A stretch of 64,000 nt of DNA from Callorhinchus milii (lineage: Eukaryota), in assembly GCF_018977255.1 (NCBI RefSeq), contig NW_024704743.1, positions 71,302,001 to 71,366,000 on the forward strand. Direction: 5' to 3'. Position 1 is the first letter of the stretch; each line of letters opens with the position of its first letter. A program made the translations under genes and the position numbers. This document shows, one piece after another, positions 43,801 through 55,800 of this stretch. The notes under the pieces are model-generated. The model searched no databases, was not told the DNA's origin, and saw nothing but the letters and a program-made list of their open reading frames with translations.

Positions 43801-46800
43801 GATTTCGATGGCTAAAGATATCCCTCTTTGGAGCTTTGCCTACCTTCATCAGAAACAACAGCAGGTATCCATTGCTTTCCATTGTGGCTTGACTCTCGAT
43901 CACTTTATTCTTGAAGGATGTTCAATAAATTCATGCATGATCGATGTGTGTTTACATGCCTGCTTTTTTTGGTTAGATTGAACAGAGTGTTGCTAGAGAG
44001 CTTGGTGATGATAATACGCTTGCGAAGCAGGTCGTGCTGAAACCCCTTGATAAACAAATCAGTGAACACAAAGACATCATCAAAGTTGTGATCCCACTCA
44101 ATTCCATCATCTCCACTTTGAAGCCTGATGCAGTGGAGGTTCTTGATAATTTCTCCCATTTCTCTCACTTGTGGAATGAGGTGAGTTTGTATTTCAACCA
44201 CAACAAATTTTATTGATAAAATGCCTTTCATGTAGGAAGTATGTCCCAAGGCGCTGGACATTGAAGGGTTTGCATTTGAGCTGGGAGTGAAATCAAGAGG
44301 TGTGGAGGGCAAGGGGGTGGAGATGGGAAGATGCAAGAGGAAAGCTTTGAGGCGGGCCTTAAAGGAGGCAAGGGACGGGGTGAAGCCGAGGTGCTCCGGG
44401 ATGGTGTGGCTACCGAGCGGAGGGAGTGGGCAGGTTGGTCAATACATGCTATCCTCTTTGAGTTGGGGTGGGGGTGAGGAAGGTAATTAGAACAGACTAG
44501 ATATCTATGGTTAATAGGATATCAGACTATCCTATTAACCATAGCCTGAATGATTTGCTTTTGCATTTTCTTGAAAGTTCTAGACATTCCTGCAGCACTA
44601 ATTGAAATGACCTTATGGTGGTCATGCCAAACTATTCGCTCACACTATTTTCATGACAGCTACCCATCTGAAACCAGCCTCAAATGTTTAGCAAATAGTC
44701 TAATTTAACTTGCTAATGCTATTGAGGAGGAACATTTGCATCATTGTACAGCGGAGAAGATGCATTGAAAAGAATTAAATCCGAGATTAATCTGGTGTTA
44801 GTGAATTTAATCAAAAAGAGGATTCCAAATGATTCCAATAGCAGAGAGGAAAGTTAACAAAACAGAAATTTAGTGAGATTGGCAGATACAGTTGCACGGA
44901 GGAGGACAGGCAAGCCAGGGAGAAGAGTGGGAACATTTTTACTCTAAATGTAATTTTTCTATTTTATGTAGGTCACAGTCAATTTAATTTGTGTAGGTTT
45001 CTGAATGAATTAATGAAGGAAATAATTTAATCACTGTGTTGTCAGGCAAGCAACTACATGGAACTAAGCAGCCACCAGCAGCATATTACTCACCCGGATA
45101 CCATAGAGTCTCATTGCCTCGTTAGAGTAGCACAGAAGGGGACCATTTGGCTCATTTTGCCTACACTGGTTATCCATTGGAGCTAACTACTCTATTCTCA
45201 CAATTTATGGTATCAATTTATATTGTTTACCTTAAAATGATTATCCAATTTTGGTTTAAAAGCTAAATGATAATAATAATTCTTGCATTTGATAAAATGC
45301 CTTTCACATGGGAAGGTGTCACAAAGTGCTTCATGCAGTATACTGTGAATATAATAATCCTTGCATTTGATATAGCGCTTTTCACGTAGTCAAGACGTCT
45401 CAAAGCGCTTCACAGAATATACTGTAAAGTGAATTAACTATAAATATATAAATTTATAACTTATAAATGGATATAAAGTGAAGTGTAGTGATTTTATTTT
45501 GTTAGCGCACATGGAACCCAATTTGCTTACAGAAATATCCTACATGTAGTCATGAAATGAAATAATCAATTGTATCTGGGAGATTGTTGGTCAGGAAACC
45601 GGGAGAAACTCCCTTCTCTTTTCAAATTCAGTAATGCCGTGGGATCTTTAACATTCACTGGGATCTTTAATGTTACTATGCCAACTACCGTTTACACGAA
45701 AATCTATATGTTCTTATATGGAATAAACTCTTCGTATTACAAATAATATTATTATGTGAAATATAATGCAAAATGAGGTCATTGTTTGGCCAGGACACTG
45801 ACCACAATGCATTCCATGTTCTAAAAAATTTTGTGTGAAAACATTTTATTTCAATCTCCCCCCAGCTAGTGACAACAACAAATTACACTTGTATAGTGCC
45901 CTTCACGTCGGAAATACAGCCCTGAGTTTAAGTCCTTTTGTTACCAATTCACCATATGAGGCACGATTTATTTTTCTGTGGACCCATTTACAATCATAGA
46001 AGCATTATTTGATATCTCCTGTTAGGTTTTTTGATGCCATCTGCATATCTTTGATTTAATTTTGCACAACTGATCCTTCACTTGGGTATGATTTAAAGAG
46101 TGCAGCTCTGCAATATTAACTAAAATTAAAATAAATGTATTAATATGTATTAAATGTTATGTTAATAGAGTAAAATCTAGACCCAAGTGGAAATTCCACT
46201 GAGCTGTGTGAGATTGAATTTCACCAGTGTTCCTTTTGAACATTTCTTTAAATGTGCTTTACCCTCATTTTAGTGTGAAGAGAATTGTTCGCCTTTACTT
46301 TGTTTCTTCGTGTTTTCACACCATACACGTTTACAGTGTTCTAGATGCTTTTAAAACTGCTTGATATTGATTTTCACAGCAATCAATATGGCATTATGTT
46401 GTTACTTTTCTGATGTAAAGTTACTTCTGACATTGTGATGTTTTCTTTAGGATCCAGAGGAAAAAGTAAAGGAATTCCTGGATTCACATCCAATCCTCTC
46501 AGAGTTCAATGAACGAATTACCTTTTATGCTGTAGGTATAAAATAAATAGAATAGATTTGTGTTGCCACAGTAACTTGATATTGAGCACTTTATTCATTC
46601 TTTAACAATGCTGCTACACTTGTGGAGGTCAGATGAATGTGAGAGAACCGTTCATTTGCTGTACTTTTCTTATTAAAGGTTTTATTGCCATGTGTCTTCC
46701 AAAGGAACCGACATTTGTTAGACCATGAAATAACCATTGAATTGGAGTGGCCCAAGAAAACCTTGTAAAAATGCATTTTAAAGCTTAACTGCTTGTAAAT

Positions 46801-49800
46801 TGGTTCAAAGTTATAGCAAATGGCGATTTACCCATGACTTGCAGAAACATTTCTGTGCTCAATTGAAAATTAACCCAAGTTACATTTTCACTCCCACATT
46901 ATCTTTTTTGTTTACTTTCAAAAGATATATTCTGCATTCTACTTTTGTTCTGATGAGTTTGTTTACTTTCACAATTTGTTGAGATATTGCAGAAGCACAG
47001 CAATCCTTACCCACAGGTTTGATTGGAGTCATAGTGCAGTCATTGCTCAAAGCTATGGCTGGGTTAGCTGGACTTGCTTGGGCAAACTGTATCGTTAGCA
47101 CGTTAGAGTAACATTGAAAAGTATGAACTCCATGTTTAAATGCTGCTGGAAAAATTACATTTTCATTTTTTTTCTTAGAAAATTTACTGACCAATGGTCT
47201 GTGTATATTCGTTCTCTGCTGCTCTGGTATATTTATCAACAATTGCCAGAAATCCCATTACAAGCACTTATCGCCAAATAGTGGCAAGTTTACCACCTAG
47301 GGAGAATCACTCCCATACAGTTTCTGCATGAATTATGATTACAGTCAAGATAGGTCCCTCGAAGAAGCAACTACTAGCATCAAGTAAACAAATAGTAATT
47401 CTAACCATATTTGCATGCTGTTATATTTTTGTATAATAGCCAAACAGTCTCATCATAAACTGTTGATCTATACTTGCCTCCCCCTGACATTTCAAAGTAT
47501 TGCATATACTGAATTTAGCCACATTTTTCATTTTTTCATCTCTGTATTGTACTTGGTTGGTTTTGAATACTATGCTCTTTTGTAGAAACTGGAGACACAG
47601 ATTGATGAGCTACCTTCTCATTACCAAGTGGGCTCTGTTCAGTTTGAGACACAGCATCTGAAGCTGGCATTAGTACAGGAATGCCGCTCGTGGAAAAGAG
47701 CCTTTGGTGCAGCCTTGAATAAAAAGACAGCTATGGAAATGGATGAGATTTATTCCTTCATTGACAATCTTAACAAACGACTGAACCGACCAATAAATGA
47801 TCTGGACGATGTCCGTGAAGCTATGGCAGCATTGAAAGAACTTCGACAGAGTGAGATAAAGATTGACATGACTATTGGGCCTGTTGAAGAAACTTACGCT
47901 TTATTGAATAAGCATGAGTTGCTTTTCCAAGATGGAAGTGCTGAGAGAGTTGATGGACTAGCTTACGCCTGGAAAAATTTGAATGCACAGGTACTTCTGG
48001 AAATATTGCTTATAAGAAAATAATAAGAACATAAGAAATGCTAGACAAACAAAGACCAAGGTCCATCTAGTTCGCCTTCCACCTTGCTGGCGGTCGCATG
48101 TGTCCCAAACTACCTTCATGTGCAACACATACTATGTTTACATGAAGGTACAAGTAATATATAGGTAGTTAGAATTCATATTCATCTTCTCCTAAAGTGA
48201 TTCTGTTATATGGTATTCAAATTCACAGCTGGAATTAAACACCAGAATAAAGAAATTAGACACTGGCAGGAGGTCCATTCGCTTGTGCAATTACTCCTTA
48301 ATCTTCCTATTTTGAGCCCTTCTTTGCATGTAAATGGACTTCAATATCTTGCATTTATTAATACATAATGGATAAGCCGTTTAGCTGTGCTTTCCTTTGT
48401 GGCCTGGTAGTTTGGTGCAAAGCAGTGACCCTAATGTCCAGCAAGACTGCCAGACAAACTTAATGGACTTTTTTCTCAGCATAAAGGCACTCAGGTGATA
48501 TGCGCTAATTATATAAAACCATTCTGATTGCATTTGGGAATCCAGAATGAGCATTCAATGCATGTAGAAGACAATTGAGCTGGTACCTGCCATGAAGGGA
48601 CCAGTTATCTTCTCCTCTCTTATATTGTTGAACTGTCCCAAAGCATAAATGGGATGGTTTTGCCAGCAGGAGGCAATTCTACAAATGTGCAGAACTACTT
48701 TGGAAAGCGACTCTAAAGATAAGAGAGGCATTAAGCACAGCTAGACCCTGTCTTTCATTTCTCAACAGGATGAAGCTTTCCCATAGTGTTGAGAATTAAA
48801 TGTTGAAATGATTCATTTTACCTTCTGGATGAATATCCTGTTCAGTTAGTTCCCTGGAAAAGCTGCTTGGCATTCTGCATTCTGCTGTGCAATTCAAATT
48901 ACAAGAAAAACAATAGATTTCAAAGTAGTATTAAATATTTGTAGCCCAAACTATTGTTCGATTTATGTTCTGTCTTCAAACAAAAGTATTATAATATATA
49001 TGTATGTATTGAATTGGAAAGCAGTTCAAATGATAATTTATAGGCCTCTCTAGATTCAATCTTAGGCGCAGCGTTTCAGAGGAGAATCACTCTATAGTTA
49101 CCAAGCTAATACTGACGATTTATAATTAATTGTAATATATGTAGTATGCTGCTATCATATAGGATCTGCTCATGACAAGGGTCCTCTCATTGTCTCGATA
49201 TTTGCAATGTTACTGACATTTAAAGTAATAAGTTGCATGAATGAACTAGGAATGAAGTAAACTACTTGAACCCAGGATATTCATGTTTTATGTTCTGAGA
49301 AAATTCTCCATTTTAGTTTGAATTTTAATATCACGCTTTTCCAGTGGTTAAGTTCATCTGCTTACTGATAATGATCCACAACTTGTGTGCGGCAGGTTGT
49401 GCAGACACAGAATGTGCTTCTAAAAGTGGAGCCGGCAATGAAGTCTGATCTGCTAGATGGGGTGAAAACTTTCCAAATGAATGTACAGGAATTCTACACG
49501 GACTACCATACAAAGTGAGTGCTGGATTTGAACACTATGTATTGAATTGGGTAAACGGTAATAGGATGGCAGCACCATTTTTATTTAATTGCATAAACAA
49601 CACTGTAGAAGAAAGTATTTTACCGTATGAGAAACCTACCTGTATAGATGCTAAAGATTACCGTCACAGATTGTTCCTGAGAGTTTCTCCATAATGGAGT
49701 TTGGAAATAAAGCAGACAACCTGCATTGATGAATTGTGTCTGATAAATTCAGCTGTTGAGCATCACTTGATTTGTATTTTTTATAGATAGATCAGGAGCT

Positions 49801-52800
49801 GTTTTTGTTTCTTTAATAGTCTCTTGTCACATTTTGCTGCATTCAGGACTGAGCTCAGCAGGGAGTGCATTAACAAGACAAACTCGACTACCTTTGTTCT
49901 TCCAATCAATGCTGCCCGGCAGCTGTAGTCCTTGAGGATCTCTCTGTCTAACAGCTATGGATATAAAAAGACGGGTTGCTCAATTTGCAATTTTTACCTG
50001 CAACAAAATAGACGTGTTGGAAACTTGTTCCACTTAGTATTTGCATCAACAAATTTTACTTGTGCTACATTTCTCATTGTTGGTTGTACACTGCTTGCTT
50101 CGTATCCACTTAAGTTTGTATAAAGGAGAGGACCAACACCACCTGAATCACAATGTATTGTTCAAAGTAATGAGAGTGAAATTGCCTCTGGTGTGCAATA
50201 CTTCACCACTTGAGGATTTGATTGATGCAGTATTAAAAATGAAGCTGTTTGAAGCCACCTTGTAATCCGCATTTAGATATGTCCAATGCTGCAGAGTTGA
50301 AAAGACATAAGTTTTTGTGTGGTATTGATTTCCTCCATACAGTGAGTTCTCGATCACAGCTGAAGTTGTTTTTTTCTCACCGGGAGGAAAAGGGGAAATT
50401 GGAAGCTCTGTCAATCTAGGCTGGCCTTCTGAGCAAATATGTTGGCATTAGCAGGCGAGCACATCTGATTCTCTGCTGGTCGTAAAGTAATGTACTTTGG
50501 CAGTGGGTTTGAATCATATGCTGAAACTGTGTCTTAGAACAGCCTCCTGATATGGAAGGCACTACATAAATGCAAGTTGTTTTTGTTGTTGTTGAAGTAA
50601 ACCTGCTCTCCAGAAATATATTTAACTTTGTTCCAACAAATATAAGTTGACCATATGAAAATAAAAAGGTAGGCAGCTACTAGTGTGACATTTTGACAGC
50701 ATCTACTGGGCTAATTCTGATACCATTTAACACAGGACTTGAAATGTTGAGATAATGCAAGAAAATTGCTGCCAACACGCCTCTATCTTTGTATTGATGG
50801 TACATGAGTGTTGAAAGTGATTTTGTATACAATGATGTATTAGTGCAGCTTCCTGAACAGAATTATATTCAAAATAAAGTTAGTGTGATATCTTTGTTCC
50901 CGTGTAATAGAGCAGAAGGTGCATGTTTTAAATCTAAATTAATGTGAGCTATTATAAAGCACTTAGAGATTTTCTTGTCACGAGAATTTGAGTTTTTTCT
51001 ATGATCCCTTTTAAGGAGGGATTGCTGTAAAACACTCAGTGATATGTGATGGCTTGGAAGGTTGGTTTGTGGTTCGCATTTATGAAGAATGATTAAAGAA
51101 ATTAAAGATTATGTAGTTGGAGCTATCTAAACTCCTCTTTTGTGTATCCGTACATTGAAAAATTCTGCTTCTATTGAAAGTAGAAATAGATTACCTTACA
51201 TAGTATTGTGCAGAAAATGTGCTCATTGTTATTCCTCTGTCTTCCTCTATCCCTCCGCCTTGCCCCCTCCTTCCCCATCTTCATGTTGCGCATCAAGACC
51301 TTCCTTTTTGACCGTGCCTCCAGTCCCCTCCCCCAGGCTCGGTGTCGTGCTCCACCACTGTCAAACAATCTGGGACACTACCTTGCATGAGAGGCGCTGT
51401 ATGAGTGCAAGTTGTTGTTGTTGTTGTTATGACTAGTAGTAAAGAAATAACATGTACTGTGTGTTTCCTCAATGCAGGGGCCCTGGTGTTGAAGGTCAAT
51501 CACCCCGGGAAGCTAGTGATAGGTTGCAGATCTTTCAGGCAAGATTTGATGAGCTCTGGCGAAAGTTTGCCACTTATTCTGGAGGAGAAGAGCTGTTTGG
51601 GTTGCCCGTTATTGGTAACTATTGTTTTTGCATACTGGAAATATTTTGTTTTTGTATAATGGCCTATGTCCAAATGTATCAAAGTACTGTACTTTCCTTC
51701 AAATGTCGTGACTAATCATTGGTAGCAAATGCAACAGCCATCTTGTATACAGCAAAAGAGAAGTCATATTCAAGCTGTATCGTGCTTTTGCCAGGTTACA
51801 TCTAGAATATTGCTAACAGTTCTAGTCACTGCCAAGGTTTAGAGGCAGTGCAGAGCAATGAGGATAATCCTCAGTGTCAGGAGAATGAGCTGTGAGCAAC
51901 CATTAGTCAAGCTAGGCTTCTTCAGTCTTGAAAAGGAATGTCTCAGAGGGGATCTTGTAAAGGTATACAAGATTTTAAATGGGATTGTGAAACTAAACTC
52001 TGAACAATACCATCTGACGCACTGAGGCAGCACAGTAAGAGGATACAGGTTTAGCATTTCTAAGGGCAATTGCAGACACGAAGAAGTATTTCTTTACAAA
52101 ATGGGTAATTAATACAATATAAATTGACATTTATATACTCCTTTCACGTCAGTGAGGATGGCCCAAAGCATGTAATAGTACTGGCTGAGCTCCTGAGCTG
52201 GTAGTAGGAACTGAGGTGGTTGGGGAAGGGAAAGGTGACCGAAAACGCAGTCAGAGGAAGGTCTCAAGAAAAATATTGACGGAGTGAGGAAGGGAGTGAT
52301 TGGAACAAGCTAATAGGAAAGGTGGTTGAGGCAGGGCCACTGAACTCATTTTAAAAACAGTTTATGGCTATGATGAGAGGAAGATGGGATGGGTATTCTG
52401 GAAGGATGAAATCAAAAGGACCAAAAGGGTGCTTCATCTATAATAATAATCTTTGCATTTGATGTAGTGCCTTATTACATATTCGAGACATCTCAAGGTG
52501 CTTCACATAAAATACTGTAGCACTCTGGGTTGCTACCCTGTGTGCAGGGCACTATAAAAATGCAAGTTGTTGTTGTACTGTAAAGTGAATTGACTGTGTA
52601 TTTTGTGGGCAAAAAGATCTGATCCTCTCTTGTGAAATTCCAAACGTTACTATGAAGCAAATAACCAATTAATCTGTGGGGTTTTTGGACAGGACATGGG
52701 GAGAAACTTCCTTCCCTTTTCAAACAATGTTGTGGAATTTTTAAATTACACCTGAACATGCAGTCAGAATCTCAATTTAATGTCTTAGTTGAAGGACAGC

Positions 52801-55800
52801 AGTCTAACAATGCAGCATTCCCCAGCACTGCACTGGTGTCAGCTTGGACAATGTAGGGTTTGAACCCACAACCTTCTACCCAAAAGCAAGAATGCTACCT
52901 ACTAACTGAACCAAGCTGTTATGCTTTTTTAAAACTCAATATCTACAATAATCTAACAGATTTGGAAAGGAAAATAGTAGTAATAAAGGGAAATGTAATG
53001 CAATAGAATATAAGCCTAATACTATTTGCAAAATAAAATTTAAATATAACCTTTTTCCTGTTTTCAGTTTTTGCAGAATGCTAGTTAAGGTTAAAATTGT
53101 TTTTTATTATTATGAAACAGATTACCCAGATCTACTGAGAATCAGACGTGAACTAACATTGCTGCAGAAATTGTATGGCCTTTACAATTCAGTCATTGAT
53201 AGTGTCAGTGGTTACAATGAGATATTGTGGAGTGAGCTTGATATTGAGAAAATCAACAATGAGCTCCTGGAATTTCAGAACAAGTACGTGGCATTAATGT
53301 TATTTTTTGACAGTTGTTTGAATGTACATTTCACCTGTAAACTATTGTGTATTGTACTATGTAACCTTAACCTATCTCCCTTTTTCTTTGGCATATTTAG
53401 CATTATGGGAAAAAATGTTAGTACATACATATTTGTACCTGAATGATAAGATTCAAAATAAGACTATTTATTGGGGTCACAAAGTGACAATGTCTAGCGG
53501 AATACCATTATAAGGAAACTGGAAGTATGTCATGTTGATTCGCAGGAACTACATTCTGACTTCATCTATGTTTGGAGTGGAACGCACACATTGTAAACAG
53601 GGAAATGGGCAGGTGAATGGGACTGAAAGGATTGCTCTTTTATTGCACACACATGATGGACTAAATGGCCGCTTTCTGTGGTGTAAATTTCCAAAGTTCG
53701 ATGTTCTTAATGGGATTGATGTGTGTGATGTACTTCCATTTACTGGAATGTGTCCCTACTTGGTTTCTTTATTAAATAATTCCATTCAAAATCACAACAT
53801 ATTTTCACCCCATTGTATGCTGTGTTGTTGAGCTCTTCCAAATATGGGGATGCTGTGATGTCACACCAAAGGAAATGATCCTTCACATGTATCCTGGTTG
53901 AAAGGAAACAAAATGTTTTGTCTAATTTGAGAAAAACATTATAAATTTACTATTTTTAACCCTTCCAAATGAGAGACTTTACTGCTCCAGTTTCTGTCAG
54001 CATACGAGGATTAGCATGTGAGAATATGCCAGAGTGACATTTTAACATGTCGACCATGGCCTTGACATTTCCGACCTCAGCATAGTGGACAAGGCCATCT
54101 CGGACCACTTCCTCATCTCCTTCTCCTCTCATCCCTCTCTCCTCCACCAAGCCCTCAACCATACTCTACCACCCGTGGAAAAGGCTATCTCCTGAGACCC
54201 TCACAAAGGCCCTCACATCCTCAAATATCCTATCCTTCTGGCCTTCCACCCGCAGAGATCTTGAAGCAGCCGTTCAGCTGCTCTATGATCGCCTCTCCTC
54301 CACCTTCAACTCTCTTGTCCCCCTGAAATCCAGGACCATCTGCAAACCCACCCGATCCCCCTGGTATAAAAATAATCTCCGCTCTCTAAAAGCCCAAACC
54401 CGGCTACTCGAGTGCAGATGGCAGAAAACTGGCCTGACAGTTCACCACCAACTGTGGCTCGAGCATCTCCACAGCTACCGCCATTCTTTGATGCACACGA
54501 AAAAGGCCTTCTACTCCCAACATCATCTTGGAGGCAAAAAACGATCGCAAAGTCCTTTTATCCACCACCCACTACCTCCCCCATGTGCCTCCTCAGGCCT
54601 CCTTAATCTTCACATCTAATGCCAAGTACGAGGAGGTCATGGATTTCTTTTCAACCAAAATACATAACATCCGCCAAGCAGCCTCATCCTTCTGCCTCTT
54701 GTCACCCACCACCACCCCCTCTCCGTCCCCCTCACCCTCCCCATCATCAGCTCCCACCACGACCCCCATCCTACATTCTTTCCTCCCTATCTCTTCTTCC
54801 TCCCTCTCACCCACCGTCACTTCAATGAAACCCACCACCTGCTGCCTCGACACCCTCCCCACCAACTTGCTGGTCACTCAGCTCCCCCTCCTCTGCACAC
54901 TACTGGCTGATGTCATCAACCAGTTCCTCTGCTCTGGATTAGTCCCTGCACCCCTCAAAACTGCTGTCATCACCCCCTCCTCAAAAAATCTTCCCTTGAT
55001 CCCTCAAAGCCCAGCCACTACCGCCCTATTTTAAACTGGCCCTTCCTCTCAAAGGTCCTAGAACGCGTTGTTGCCAACCAACTCTGCGCATACTTCTCCT
55101 CCCACTCCCTCTTTGAACCCCTTCAGTCCGGTTTCCGCCTGCCCACAGTACAGAGACTGCACTTGTGAAAGTCACAAATGACATCCTCTCTCTCTGTGAC
55201 CAGGGCTCCCTCTGCCTCCTTGTCCTCCTGGTCCTCTCCACCTGCTTTCGACACAATCGATCACGCCATCCTCCTCCACTACCTTTCCTCCGTCATCCAC
55301 CTCAGTGGGACCGCACTCGCCTGGTTCGAATCCTATCTTACGAACCGCGAGCAGTACATCTGCACAAATGGCTTTTCCTCCCGCTCTCATCCGGTCACCT
55401 GCGTGGTACCCCAAGGATCCATCCTTGGCCCCCTCCTCTTTCTGATCTACATGCTCCCTCTTGGGGATGTCACTTCCACATATATGCGGATGACACCCAA
55501 CTCTATTTTTCCACCTCACTTTGTGACCCACAGTCAGCCTGCCTGTCAGACATCAGGAGCTGCATAAGCATGAATTTCCTTAATCTAAATGTTGACAAGA
55601 CGGAAGCCATACTCTTCGGCTCTCGTCAAAGTCTAAAATCACATGATTCTCACCTCCTCCACCTTCCCAACCTCCCCCTAAAACTCTCCGAATCCGTACG
55701 CAATCTAGGCATCAGGTTCGACCCCCAATTATCCTTCCCCCCCCACATCCGGTCCCTCACCAGCACCGCTTTCTTCCACCTCCAACGCATTGCCTGTCTC